DNA of 64,000 nt from Bacteroidia bacterium. Its GTDB lineage: Bacteria; Bacteroidota; Bacteroidia; M30B66. Below, piece by piece: positions 39,178 through 48,815 of the stretch. Each line of letters begins with the position of its first letter. The first letter of the stretch is position 1. The position numbers and the translations under genes were made by a program. The DNA is taken from contig JAIBAI010000007.1 of NCBI GenBank assembly GCA_019695235.1, forward strand, positions 7,480 through 71,479. The letters are read 5' to 3'. The notes under the pieces are model-generated. The model made no database searches. It worked only from the letters and a program-made list of their open reading frames with translations, and had not been told where the DNA came from.

Positions 39178-39747
39178 TTATGGATGAACGGCCAATTTTT
39201 GTATTACTTCCGGAAGCGCACTGTGCTCCAGTTGATGTATCTTATGCGCCAGGCTTTCAACGGTATCACCAGGTTCAACGGTACATTTTTCCTGTCTGAT
39301 TACCTGCCCCTGATCGTATTGCTCATTTACATAATGAACCGTAATGCCGCTTTCAGTTTCGCCGGCCTGAAGCACAGCCTGATGTACGTTGCTTCCATAC
39401 ATCCCTTTACCCCCAAATTTAGGCAGAAGCGACGGGTGCAGGTTGATAATTTTCCCTTGAAACGCCTGAATCATCTCTGTCGGAATCAATTTCAGGTAGC
39501 CTGCCAATACAATCAGGTCAGGCCGGTACTTCATCCGAAAACGGTTCAGCCATTTGGCATCAGCAAGTTCCGGGCCTTTGATTATTTCGAGGTTTATACG
39601 GTAATCATAAGATATATCGAGGAAGCCTCTCCGGGGCTTGTCTGAAACCAATACCTGCACCTGAATGTGAGGATTATCTTTGAAATGTTCAATCAAATTT
39701 CGGGCATTACTCCCCTTCCCACTACCTAAAATGGCTATCCGGTACAT
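39178..39747 (-). CDS. purN: phosphoribosylglycinamide formyltransferase
   Basis: The N-terminus is MYRIAILGSGKGSNARNLIEHF. The segment INLHPSLLPKFGGKGMYG is PurN-like. Confidence 0.85.
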   Translation of the reverse strand: MYRIAILGSGKGSNARNLIEHFKDNPHIQVQVLVSDKPRRGFLDISYDYRINLEIIKGPELADAKWLNRFRMKYRPDLIVLAGYLKLIPTEMIQAFQGKIINLHPSLLPKFGGKGMYGSNVHQAVLQAGETESGITVHYVNEQYDQGQVIRQEKCTVEPGDTVESLAHKIHQLEHSALPEVIQKLAVHP

Positions 39748-39887
39748 AATTTATTAAGGATGCTTAAGCCTGCAAATGTAGTAAAGCCGCGCTTTTATGA
39801 AGCTTTAATTGCTTTCTTGATAAAAAAGATTTTGTTTGTTTGTCTCTAAGTTCTTTCTTTGCACCGAATTTAACCCAAAAAACAAAA

Positions 39888-40124
39888 ATGTCTAACATTT
39901 CTTCCCGCGTTAAAGCGATCATCGTTGACAAGCTCGTAGTTGATGAAAGCGAGGTTACCCCCGAAGCTTCGTTTACCAATGATCTGGGAGCCGATTCACT
40001 CGACACAGTTGAGTTAATCATGGAATTCGAGAAAGAATTCAACATTACCATTCCCGATGACCAGGCCGAGAACATCGGCACTGTTGGTGATGCTATTGCC
40101 TATATTGAGAAGAACGCTAAGTAA
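39888..40124 (+). CDS. acpP: acyl carrier protein
   Basis: The phosphopantetheine site is [18 protein letters not shown] chose ATG 39888 over the extended track ORF. Confidence 0.9.
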   Translation: MSNISSRVKAIIVDKLVVDESEVTPEASFTNDLGADSLDTVELIMEFEKEFNITIPDDQAENIGTVGDAIAYIEKNAK

Positions 40125-40136
40125 TCCATAACGCCA

Positions 40137-41384
40137 TTGAGACGTGTTGTTGTAACCGGTTTAGGCGCCCTTACTCCTCTGGGTAACTCGACGCCGGAAT
40201 TCTGGGAAGCCCTCATTGCAGGGAAAAGCGGTGCCGGTCCCATCACACATTTTGACGCATCCCGCTTCAAAACACGCTTTGCGTGCGAGGTGAAAAACTT
40301 CGATCCACTCAAAGTGATTGATAAGAAAGAGGTGCGTCGGCTTGACCCCTACGCTCAATACGCCCTGTATGCAAGTGACGAAGCGTTTAAAGACGCCGGG
40401 CTTGACAAGGGAGGATTTGACCCGGATCGCTCAGGAGTGATTTGGGGCTCGGGCATAGGTGGTCTGGAAACTTTCTTCCAGGAAGTAAAAAACTTCGCAT
40501 TGGGTGACGGTACGCCCCGTTTCAACCCATTCTTCATCCCTAAAATGATTGCTGATATTGCATCCGGGCATATTTCGATGCGATTTGGTTTTCGTGGGCC
40601 TAACTTTACTACCGTTGCGGCCTGTGCTTCAAGCACCAATGCCATCATTGACTCTATGTTCTACATTCGTATGGGCAAAGCAGATGTGATGATTACAGGA
40701 GGCTCTGAAGCAGCAGTGAATGAGCCAGCTATGGGCGGTTTTAACGCCATGCAGGCTTTATCTGAACGCAATGACTCGCCTGAAACAGCTTCACGTCCGT
40801 TTGATGTGAATCGTGACGGTTTTGTCATGGGAGAAGGCGGCGGAGCCCTTATTTTAGAGGAATTAAGTCACGCTCTTGCAAGAGGAGCAAAGATTTATGC
40901 AGAGGTAGTCGGTGGCGGATGTTCAGCTGATGCACACCATATAACAGCACCTCATCCTGAAGGACTTGGAGCGGTTAACGTCATGAAAAATGCATTAGAC
41001 GATGCAGGTATGAAACCCGAAGATATTGATTATATCAATGTTCATGGTACTTCTACCCCGCTCGGCGACATTGCAGAAACCAAAGCCATCTTAAGTGTGT
41101 TTGGTGAGCATGCCTATAAATTAAACATCAGCTCTACCAAGTCAATGACAGGTCATCTGTTAGGAGCTGCCGGAGCTGTAGAAGCAATTGCCTCGCTTTT
41201 GGCTGTACAACACGATATTGTTCCTCCAACCATCAATTTTGAAACGCCAGATCCTGGCCTTGACCAAAAGTTGAACTTTACATTTCACACGGCTCAGAAA
41301 AGAACAGTACGGGCAGCGTTAAGCAATACTTTTGGCTTTGGAGGGCATAATGCCTCAGTGATTTTCAAAAAATACGATCCGTGA
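40137..41384 (+). CDS. fabF: beta-ketoacyl-ACP synthase II
   Basis: The N-terminus is RRVVVTGLG. The active-site Cys region is AACASS and the His regions are HHITAPHPEG and NVHGTSTPLGD. The start is TTG; there is no in-frame ATG. Confidence 0.85.
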   Translation: MRRVVVTGLGALTPLGNSTPEFWEALIAGKSGAGPITHFDASRFKTRFACEVKNFDPLKVIDKKEVRRLDPYAQYALYASDEAFKDAGLDKGGFDPDRSGVIWGSGIGGLETFFQEVKNFALGDGTPRFNPFFIPKMIADIASGHISMRFGFRGPNFTTVAACASSTNAIIDSMFYIRMGKADVMITGGSEAAVNEPAMGGFNAMQALSERNDSPETASRPFDVNRDGFVMGEGGGALILEELSHALARGAKIYAEVVGGGCSADAHHITAPHPEGLGAVNVMKNALDDAGMKPEDIDYINVHGTSTPLGDIAETKAILSVFGEHAYKLNISSTKSMTGHLLGAAGAVEAIASLLAVQHDIVPPTINFETPDPGLDQKLNFTFHTAQKRTVRAALSNTFGFGGHNASVIFKKYDP

Positions 41385-41385
41385 T

Positions 41386-42111
41386 GTGAACCGCATCATC
41401 GCCCAGCTTTCAAAGCACCGTGATCTTTACTTTGCAATCCGGAACATGCTTGGTTTCTGGCCGGAAAATATCCACCTCTACCGCCAGGCATTTCGGCATC
41501 GCTCAAAATCAGAACCGGTAAATGGAAATTTTAGAAACTCAAATGAACGGCTTGAATATCTGGGAGATGCTGTACTTGGTGCAGTCATAGCACATTATCT
41601 GTTTAAAAAGTTTCCGTATCGTGACGAGGGGTTTCTAACTGAAATGCGTTCGCGCCTTGTAAGTAGAAATTACCTAAATAGCCTGGCAGTAAAGATTGGG
41701 GTTGACAAGCTTATTGTAGCTGATGAACACAGCGTAGTAAGCAAAACAATGGGCGGCGATTCGTTTGAAGCACTGATGGGTGCAATTTACCTTGACAAGG
41801 GCTTCGATTTCACATTCAAACTAATTCTCAATCGGATTATTCGTTTTCATGTTGATATTGATGAAATTGAGCAGCTTGACCTTAATTTTAAGTCGAAAAT
41901 AATCAATTGGGCACAAAAACAGAAAGTAAATTTGGTGTTTGAGGCACAGGAAGAACTGAAAGGGAAGAGCCAAAAGATGTATTTTGTAAACGTTTTAATA
42001 GACGGTAAACCTTATGGCAAGGGTAATGGTTTATCAAAGAAACAGGCTGAGCAGGATGCAGCCAGACAAACTATTGAAATGCTACGAATAAACGATACCT
42101 TCCCGACTTAA
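41386..42111 (+). CDS. rnc: ribonuclease III
   Basis: The signature is ERLEYLGDAVLG. The dsRBD is at the C-terminus. The start is GTG. Confidence 0.85.
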   Translation: MNRIIAQLSKHRDLYFAIRNMLGFWPENIHLYRQAFRHRSKSEPVNGNFRNSNERLEYLGDAVLGAVIAHYLFKKFPYRDEGFLTEMRSRLVSRNYLNSLAVKIGVDKLIVADEHSVVSKTMGGDSFEALMGAIYLDKGFDFTFKLILNRIIRFHVDIDEIEQLDLNFKSKIINWAQKQKVNLVFEAQEELKGKSQKMYFVNVLIDGKPYGKGNGLSKKQAEQDAARQTIEMLRINDTFPT

Positions 42112-42118
42112 ATGCATC

Positions 42119-42553
42119 ATGGCAAAGAGTCAGGATAAACCGAAAATAAAAGTGCAACAGCTTAAGATGGATTACCATTTTTTGCTTGTAGGTATTAGCA
42201 GTACTGAAGAAGACTATAAACTCTGCTGGCACCTCAATAAGTTGTTACAGCTTGATTTTGAACGAGTTGAAGATTTAGAAATTCTTGCCGGAGATAAGAA
42301 CCTGACTTTTGCGGTTTTCGAATATGAAGATCAGGAGATTGAGGTGTTTTATCATTTAATTTGTAATAAACATCCCTTGGGTTTGTTGGTGCCGGAAGAA
42401 GCCAAGGCAGATTATATCCTTAAAATATCCGGTGAATATGAGATGGTTGACCGTGCCGAGCTGATTAAAAAAATCAGAAATATTCAACCTGTGATTACAG
42501 CCTATGCATTAGAGCCAGGGCGCATGAAATCTGTTGACAATTTACTTTTTTAA
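42119..42553 (+). CDS. IPExxxVDY family protein (conserved Bacteroidota protein of unknown function)
   Basis: It contains LVPEEAKADYIL, which matches the IPExxxVDY pattern. It keeps the conserved position between rnc and pyk. Confidence 0.6.
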   Translation: MAKSQDKPKIKVQQLKMDYHFLLVGISSTEEDYKLCWHLNKLLQLDFERVEDLEILAGDKNLTFAVFEYEDQEIEVFYHLICNKHPLGLLVPEEAKADYILKISGEYEMVDRAELIKKIRNIQPVITAYALEPGRMKSVDNLLF

Positions 42554-42557
42554 AAAG

Positions 42558-43991
42558 ATGACCAAAGTACAAAGCAAAACAAAAGTTATAGCAACCCTGG
42601 GCCCGGCAAGTTCTTCAAGAGAAGTGTTGGAAGAGATGATAATGGCAGGTGTAGATGTATGCCGGATAAATTTTAGCCATGGTGACCCCAGCGCACATAC
42701 AGAAACGATTAAAACCATCAGGGCAATTAATAAGGAAAGAGGCCTGAATACAGCTATTCTTGCCGACCTGCAGGGGCCAAAGCTGCGCATTGGCGAGGTA
42801 GAAAATAATGGTGTAGAACTCATTGCAGGTGAAGATATCCTTATCACCACGAAAGCCTGCGTGGGCACATCAAAGCAGGTTTACATCACCTATCCTCAGT
42901 TTCCGCAGGATGTAAAAATCGGTGAGACCGTATTGATTGATGATGGGAAGATTGTGCTGGCGGTGAAAGACACCAATAAGGATAATGAAGTAGTAGCAAC
43001 AGTTGTGCATGGAGGTATCCTCTCATCAAAGAAAGGAGTGAATCTCCCCAATACCCATATATCACTGCCTTCTTTGACAAAGAAAGATTTGCAGGATTTG
43101 CGCTTTGCCCTTGAAAATGATGTGGAGTGGATTGGTTTGTCGTTCGTGAGAAAGGCAACCGATATCCTTGAATTGAAACATATCATCCAGAAAAATAACA
43201 AGAACGCCAGGGTGGTGGCAAAAATTGAAAAGCCCGAAGCAGTTAAGGATATTGACAACATTGTTAAATGTGCTGACGCCTTGATGGTAGCCCGGGGTGA
43301 TCTTGGCGTGGAAATTCCCATGGAAAATGTGCCTTTGATTCAGAAAATGTTGGTTCAGAAGGCCCTTGAGGCACATATTCCGGTAATTATCGCCACCCAG
43401 ATGATGGAAAGCATGATTCATAATTACAATGCTACCCGGGCGGAGGTGAATGATGTGGCAAATTCGGTGATGGATGGCGCAGATGCCGTGATGCTCAGTG
43501 GGGAAACCTCGGTAGGGAGCTTCCCTGTTCGGGTGATTCAGACAGTTCAAAAAATTCTGGCACAGGTTGAAGGCTTCGAAGGAATTTATCACAAACGCCA
43601 CCAAAGCTCCGCACCACAGAAAAACCGTATGATTTCTGATGCCATCTGTTTTAACTCAGTAAATGTTGCCGAACAAACAGGTGCCGCAGCAATTGTAGCC
43701 ATGACACATTCAGGTTACACTGCCTTTTATATATCATCATTCAGGCCTAAAAGTGGTATCTATATTTTTACCGGAAACCAAGCGCTTTTGAACACATTGA
43801 GCTTAGTTTGGGGCGTAAAGGGATTCTTTTATGATAAAATGGTGAGTACTGATCACACAATCAATGAGATAAAAGACATTCTCAAGCATGAAGGCCTTGT
43901 CAAGACTGATGATTTAATTATCAATGTGGCAAGTATTCCCATGCATGAGTTTGGCAAGACAAACATGATGAAACTAAGTTTTGTAGAATGA
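42558..43991 (+). CDS. pyk: pyruvate kinase
   Basis: The N-terminus is TKVIATLGPAS. The central segment is MVARGDLGVEIP. I chose ATG 42558 over the ORF-track TTG at 42534. Confidence 0.9.
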   Translation: MTKVQSKTKVIATLGPASSSREVLEEMIMAGVDVCRINFSHGDPSAHTETIKTIRAINKERGLNTAILADLQGPKLRIGEVENNGVELIAGEDILITTKACVGTSKQVYITYPQFPQDVKIGETVLIDDGKIVLAVKDTNKDNEVVATVVHGGILSSKKGVNLPNTHISLPSLTKKDLQDLRFALENDVEWIGLSFVRKATDILELKHIIQKNNKNARVVAKIEKPEAVKDIDNIVKCADALMVARGDLGVEIPMENVPLIQKMLVQKALEAHIPVIIATQMMESMIHNYNATRAEVNDVANSVMDGADAVMLSGETSVGSFPVRVIQTVQKILAQVEGFEGIYHKRHQSSAPQKNRMISDAICFNSVNVAEQTGAAAIVAMTHSGYTAFYISSFRPKSGIYIFTGNQALLNTLSLVWGVKGFFYDKMVSTDHTINEIKDILKHEGLVKTDDLIINVASIPMHEFGKTNMMKLSFVE

Positions 43992-45028
43992 TGAATATAG
44001 AATTGCTTCGCAAAATCTGCGAAACTCCGGGTGCTCCCGGACATGAAAAGAAAATAAGAGACCTGGTACTTGAACATGTTAAGAACCTTGGAGATAAAAT
44101 AGAGGTAGATGCCTTAGGGAATATCTGTGTTTTCAAAAAAGGCCGGATGGATAAGAAAGTAATGGTGGGTGCCCATCTTGATGAGATTGGTTTTATGGTC
44201 ACACATATTGATGAGCAAGGCTTTATCAGGTTTACCACTTTAGGTGGATTCGACCCTAAGACGCTTACAGCCCAAAGGGTTATCATTCATGGCAAAGAGG
44301 ATGTTTTTGGAGTAATGGGATCAAAGCCAATTCACCTGATGTCGCCGGATGAACGTGATAAACCGGTAAAGATTACCGACTTCTTCATTGATACAGGCAT
44401 GAATGCCGAGGAAGTGAAGAAAAAGGTGCAGATTGGCAATACCATAACCCGCGAACGCTCACTGATAGAGATGGGAGATTGCGTGAATTGCAAGTCGCTG
44501 GACAACCGGATTTCTGTATATATTCTGATTGAAACCCTTCGGAGGCTAAAAGAGATACCCTTCGACCTGTATGCGGTATTTACCGTTCAGGAAGAAGTAG
44601 GAATACGTGGTGCTCAGGTTGCATCTTTGGCTATTCAGCCTGATTTTGGTTTCGGTCTTGATACAACCATTGCGTACGATGTACCAGGTTCAAAAGAGTA
44701 TGAACAGGTTACCAAACTGGGCAAAGGTGCAGGTATAAAAATCATGGATAGCTCGGTAATTTGTGACCCGCGGATGGTTAGTTATATGACTGCGCAGGCC
44801 GAAAACAACCAGATTACCTGGCAACCTGAGATATTGCAGGGCGGAGGAACCGATACGGCAGGAATCCAACGTATGTCGGCAGGTGGAGCCATTAGCGGTG
44901 CTGTGAGTATCCCTACCCGGCATATTCATCAGGTAATTGAAATGGTTAACAAGGCGGATGTGCTTGAAAGCATCCGTTTGCTGGATGCCTGCATTTCAAA
45001 TCTCGACCAATGGGACTGGTCGCACTAA
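43988..45028 (+). CDS. M42 family metallopeptidase (FrvX/glutamyl aminopeptidase-like)
   Basis: The N-terminus is LLRKICETPGAPGHEKKIRD. A conserved HLDEIGFMV segment is present. There is a 4-nt overlap with pyk. Confidence 0.8.
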   Translation: MMNIELLRKICETPGAPGHEKKIRDLVLEHVKNLGDKIEVDALGNICVFKKGRMDKKVMVGAHLDEIGFMVTHIDEQGFIRFTTLGGFDPKTLTAQRVIIHGKEDVFGVMGSKPIHLMSPDERDKPVKITDFFIDTGMNAEEVKKKVQIGNTITRERSLIEMGDCVNCKSLDNRISVYILIETLRRLKEIPFDLYAVFTVQEEVGIRGAQVASLAIQPDFGFGLDTTIAYDVPGSKEYEQVTKLGKGAGIKIMDSSVICDPRMVSYMTAQAENNQITWQPEILQGGGTDTAGIQRMSAGGAISGAVSIPTRHIHQVIEMVNKADVLESIRLLDACISNLDQWDWSH

Positions 45029-45090
45029 GATGTCAGGCAATTAGTTGTAAATAATATTACTCTGAATTTTTGATTTTAAAAATCTGGTTT

Positions 45091-45098
45091 TATTTTTG
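45091..45098 (+). promoter_or_regulatory. candidate -7 promoter element TATTTTTG
   Basis: It matches TAnnTTTG and lies 33 nt upstream of the ATG at 45131. Confidence 0.3.
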
Positions 45099-45130
45099 GC
45101 ATAAGCTTTGAGTTGCATTGAAAAAAAAAT

Positions 45131-46207
45131 ATGAAAAACACCGTCATTCTAACCCTGTTGCTTTCTGTCATTTTGCCCTTGGGCATTATGGCCCAGACCT
45201 CCAATTTGATATTTTTTGCCGAAAACGGTGAGAAGTTTACTGTAGTGATGAATGGGCTTCGTTATAACGAAACCCCATCCACGAACGTGCGCATTACCGA
45301 CCTTGCACCTGCTGTTTATAAGGTGAAAGCGATTTTTGAAGACCCTTCATTGGGTTCGGTAACCAAGACCATCCCTTTAGAATCTTATCGTGAAATTACC
45401 TTCAATATCCGCTTGAAAAAGCAAACCATTGCGGGAAAGACAGCGGTACGCATGACCAAACAGGTTGGCCGTGATTTAAATGTTGTTGACTCAGCAGATG
45501 TTTATGCTGACCCAAAAGAAAAATATGTGATGCGTTTTATCTCTGAAGTGCCTCTGGCAATGCCAGTACAGCAACAAACGGTGGTCACACAGCAACAACC
45601 TGTTTACAATACGCAACCAGCCACGGTGCAGGGGGGTACTGTCACTACACAAACCACTACAACAACCGTTAGAGGAACTCCGCAAACAGTAACCAGTGCT
45701 CCTTCAGCAGGGGTAAATATGCATATTAACGACCCTGATTTGGGAGTTAATGTAAATATGAGTGTAGGCGTTCCCGCCGGCACGGTTGTTACTTCAGGCG
45801 GAACAGTTCAGCAGACCACTACCACCACCACCACTTATGGAGGCACCCCACCGGTGCAGGCACAGCCGTCACATTATATCATGCCCGGTTACAACGGACC
45901 AATCGGTTGTCCCTGGCCGATGGATCAGAATGCCTACCGCAGTGCGATGGGTAGTATCACAAAACAAAGTTTTGAAGAAAACAAATTGCAGGTTGCAAAA
46001 CAGGTATTCACTACCAATTGCCTTACTTCAGCGCAGGTAGGTGAAATAATGCGTCTGTTTACTTTTGAAGAAAGCCGCCTTGATTTCGCCAAGTTTGCAT
46101 ACGGACATACTTTCGACCTTGGTAATTATTTCATGGTAAATGATGCATTTACATTCTCATCATCTGTTGATGAGTTGAACGATTATATTCGCAGTACCGG
46201 ACGGTAA
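45131..46207 (+). CDS. secreted protein with Thr/Gln-rich low-complexity linkers and a C-terminal DUF4476-like domain
   Basis: The signal peptide is MKNTVILTLLLSVILPLGIMAQ. There are poly-T/Q tracts (TTQTTTTTV, QQTTTTTTTYGG). The conserved C-terminus is ...FTFEESRLDFAKFAY. Confidence 0.65.
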   Translation: MKNTVILTLLLSVILPLGIMAQTSNLIFFAENGEKFTVVMNGLRYNETPSTNVRITDLAPAVYKVKAIFEDPSLGSVTKTIPLESYREITFNIRLKKQTIAGKTAVRMTKQVGRDLNVVDSADVYADPKEKYVMRFISEVPLAMPVQQQTVVTQQQPVYNTQPATVQGGTVTTQTTTTTVRGTPQTVTSAPSAGVNMHINDPDLGVNVNMSVGVPAGTVVTSGGTVQQTTTTTTTYGGTPPVQAQPSHYIMPGYNGPIGCPWPMDQNAYRSAMGSITKQSFEENKLQVAKQVFTTNCLTSAQVGEIMRLFTFEESRLDFAKFAYGHTFDLGNYFMVNDAFTFSSSVDELNDYIRSTGR

Positions 46208-46220
46208 GCAAGCATATAAA

Positions 46221-46266
46221 AACCTCCCTGAAAGCTTTATAGCTTTCAGGGAGGTTTTCTTTTTTA
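46221..46266. terminator. bidirectional rho-independent terminator (CCTCCCTGAAAGC / GCTTTCAGGGAGG stem with T-tract)
   Basis: A 13-bp perfect stem with flanking A- and T-runs lies between convergent genes. Confidence 0.7.
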
Positions 46267-46950
46267 TTATTTCAAGAAGATTTTAATGATAGTCTGGCCG
46301 ATGATTTTCAAATCGGTGCTTAAACTCATTTGATTAAGATACAGAAGGTTCAGTTTTACCTTCTCTGGCAGTATTTCATTGATATACGTTTTCTCAGGGT
46401 CATTTGATTTTACCAGCAGTTCGCTCTCATTGATAAATGCAATACTGGCATAATCTGTAATGCCTGGCTTGATGCTTAGAATTTTTTGCTGCTCTTCGTT
46501 GTATAATGCTACGTATTTCCCGACTTCTGGTCTTGGGCCAACCATACTCATGTCGCCAATTAATACATTGAACAATTGAGGTAATTCGTCGAGTTTATAT
46601 TTGCGTAAAAAGAAGCCGGCTCTGGTTACACGTGGATCTCTGTCGCCCACGGTAATCAGTTGTTTCTTATCTGACCCGGTACGCATGGTCCTGAATTTAT
46701 ACAAATGAAATGCCTGTTTGTATCGTCCTATCCGAACCTGTTTGTAAATACCGCCACCTCTTGAATCAAGAATGACCCAAATATAGATGCATACCAAAAC
46801 CGGCAGCAATATAATCAGCGCAAATGCGGCAATGGTTAAATCAAATAATCGCTTCAATCGAGCATAGGTTAAAAAACGACCGAAGATATACTGAAAGGAG
46901 TTAGGTTTTCGAAGAAAAACCGACATACTTCCGGTATAAAATAACAGCAA
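46267..46950 (-). CDS. sugar phosphotransferase, small bacterial sugar-transferase type (initiating undecaprenyl-phosphate glycosyl-1-phosphate transferase, WbaP/PglC-like)
   Basis: It has a single N-terminal TM. Motifs are KFRTM and DELPQLFNVLIGDMSMVGPRP. Confidence 0.8.
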   Translation of the reverse strand: MLLFYTGSMSVFLRKPNSFQYIFGRFLTYARLKRLFDLTIAAFALIILLPVLVCIYIWVILDSRGGGIYKQVRIGRYKQAFHLYKFRTMRTGSDKKQLITVGDRDPRVTRAGFFLRKYKLDELPQLFNVLIGDMSMVGPRPEVGKYVALYNEEQQKILSIKPGITDYASIAFINESELLVKSNDPEKTYINEILPEKVKLNLLYLNQMSLSTDLKIIGQTIIKIFLK

Positions 46951-46970
46951 CTCTCCAATACTTATGCCCT

Positions 46971-47393
46971 TTAATTCATAATCTTATTTGCCCATAATTG
47001 GTTTAAAAAATACTGCCAGGGCATAATGTAAATATTATCTATCAGCCTGGGGCGCGGTTCGGTACAGACTATTATTGATTTCTTCACATCATATTCTTCC
47101 ATAAACGCTTTTAACCCTCTCAAATGCCGGCTGCTGATATTATCCCCGGCTTTTATTTCTATAGCTACCTGATGCTTGCCCAAAATAAAATCTACTTCCA
47201 GTTGAGATGCGGTTCGCCAATAACTGATGCTATAATCCAAGCCGGAATAATGACTATGCGCATAGAGTTCCTGGTAAATAAAATGCTCAAATGCATGGCC
47301 AAAACTTTCACTTTTGTAGGCTACTTTTCCTCTTTTTAACAGATGGTTGACAATACCTAAGTCGAAAAAATAAAATTTGGGCGCTTGAATCAC
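46971..47393 (-). pseudogene. remnant of an AAA+ ATPase (DUF4143 C-terminal domain only)
   Basis: It starts at the PKFYFFDLG motif, which in full-length DUF4143/COG1373 ATPases lies ~250 aa from the N-terminus. No Walker-A region is present upstream. Confidence 0.5.
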
Positions 47394-47465
47394 CCGGCGC
47401 TTAGGTTTGTGTTGATAAACCGGAACATATCTGCCTGTGAATATAATAGTAATTCAAATACATAC

Positions 47466-47520
47466 TTCAATATATCATGATATATTGAATATAAACTTCA
47501 AATTATCATGAAATATTGAA
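47466..47520. promoter_or_regulatory. two 24-bp palindromes (TTCAATATATCATGATATATTGAA and TTCAAATTATCATGAAATATTGAA), candidate dimeric-regulator operators
   Basis: The first is perfect and the second near-perfect. Their centres are 31 bp apart. They lie 70-130 nt upstream of the remnant and sugar-transferase genes. Confidence 0.4.
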
Positions 47521-47552
47521 ACAAAAAAAACATGTATTTGCCCCATGTTTAT
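47521..47552 (-). terminator. rho-independent terminator candidate for the DegT-family gene (AAACATG-N9-CATGTTT followed by T8 on the minus strand)
   Basis: A hairpin plus T-tract follows immediately after the stop at 47553. The stem is AT-rich and weak. Confidence 0.4.
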
Positions 47553-48812
47553 TCATATTTTCGGAATACCTGGTCTTGCATTCAGTTCAACCGCTCTTAT
47601 TACCGCCTGGGCAACCTGTTCAACCTGCTCACGGCTCAGGTCTTCGTAGAGAGGCAGGCTGATCTCGCAGGCATAATTGGCGTAGGCTTGCGGATAATCT
47701 TCCATCCTATAGCCCTGTTCATGGTAAAATTTCAGCAGGGGCAGGGGAATAAAATGCATATTTACCGAAACATCCCGGTCAAAAATGTCTTGCATAATCC
47801 GGTCGCGGGTAGCTTCATCAATACCCCTGATCCGCAATGGGTATAAATGCCAGGAACTGGTTCGGTTTGCAGTGTTGCTTACCGGCAGCTGTGCCCATTG
47901 GGTCTGCCCTAATAGTTCATTGTACCATGCTGTAATTTGTTTCCTTTTAGGCAAGATTTCCGATTCGTATCTTCTGAGTTCCACCAGGCCGATGGCTGCC
48001 ATGATATCGGTCATATTGCACTTATAACCCGGTTCGATAATATCGTACCGCCAGTTGCCTTTTTGCATTTTAGCAAGGGCATCTTTGTTTTGTCCGTGCA
48101 GGGTGGCTATGCAGAGGTATTTGTAAACCGCTTCATTATCAAAAGGGGCAGGCAGGTTCAGGGCAACAGCGCCTCCCTCGGCGGTTGTAAGGTTCTTTAC
48201 AGCATGAAATGAGAATACAGAAACATCGGTCAGGCTTCCTGTACGCATTCCATTCATCATTGCCCCGATGGAATGGGCGGCATCCGCAAGAATTAGAATC
48301 CTTCCTAATTGCTTTTGTTGTTCATTATTAGCAGCAAAAAGGGCTTTTATTTCAGCTGAGGCAACCAGCGCATTGATGGCGTGATAATCACAAGGAAAGC
48401 CTGCGAAATCAACAGGCATGACTACCTTGGTTTTGGCCGTGATTTTCTTCCGGATTTCTTCCGGGTTGATATTAAAGTCATCTGGATTTACATCACAAAA
48501 AACAGGTGTTGCACCGCAGTGCATCACTACATTTGCTGTGGCAGAGTAGGTGTATGCCGGAACAATCACTTCGTCACCGGGACCCACTCCGAACCAGCGA
48601 AGCATAATTTCAAGGCCTGCGGTGGCAGAATTCAGGCAAATGGTAGCCTTGTTTCCGCAATAGGCAGTAAGGTCTTTTTCAAATTGCTTGGTGCGGGGGC
48701 CGGTAGTTATCCAACCTGAGCGGAGTGTGGCTACAACTTCATCAATAATATCTTGGTGAATATGGGGAGGGCTAAAGGGAAGCATAGGTACAAAGGTATG
48801 ATGCGTGTGCAA
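47553..48812 (-). CDS. DegT/DnrJ/EryC1/StrS family sugar aminotransferase (PLP-dependent)
   Basis: The N-terminus is PHIHQDIIDEVVATLRSGWITTGP. The Lys region is SFHAVKNL. Confidence 0.85.
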   Translation of the reverse strand: MHTHHTFVPMLPFSPPHIHQDIIDEVVATLRSGWITTGPRTKQFEKDLTAYCGNKATICLNSATAGLEIMLRWFGVGPGDEVIVPAYTYSATANVVMHCGATPVFCDVNPDDFNINPEEIRKKITAKTKVVMPVDFAGFPCDYHAINALVASAEIKALFAANNEQQKQLGRILILADAAHSIGAMMNGMRTGSLTDVSVFSFHAVKNLTTAEGGAVALNLPAPFDNEAVYKYLCIATLHGQNKDALAKMQKGNWRYDIIEPGYKCNMTDIMAAIGLVELRRYESEILPKRKQITAWYNELLGQTQWAQLPVSNTANRTSSWHLYPLRIRGIDEATRDRIMQDIFDRDVSVNMHFIPLPLLKFYHEQGYRMEDYPQAYANYACEISLPLYEDLSREQVEQVAQAVIRAVELNARPGIPKI

Positions 48813-48815
48813 TTA

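Noticed and set aside
42542-43604. Minus-strand ORFs inside pyk (42542-42868, 42886-43158, 42896-43321, 43062-43604)
   Set aside because: They are antisense shadows of pyruvate kinase.
46971-47393. Possible mobile element or transposase inside the polysaccharide locus
   Set aside because: The homology is to the C-terminal DUF4143 domain of AAA+ ATPases, not to a transposase. I see no inverted terminal repeats or integrase in the window.
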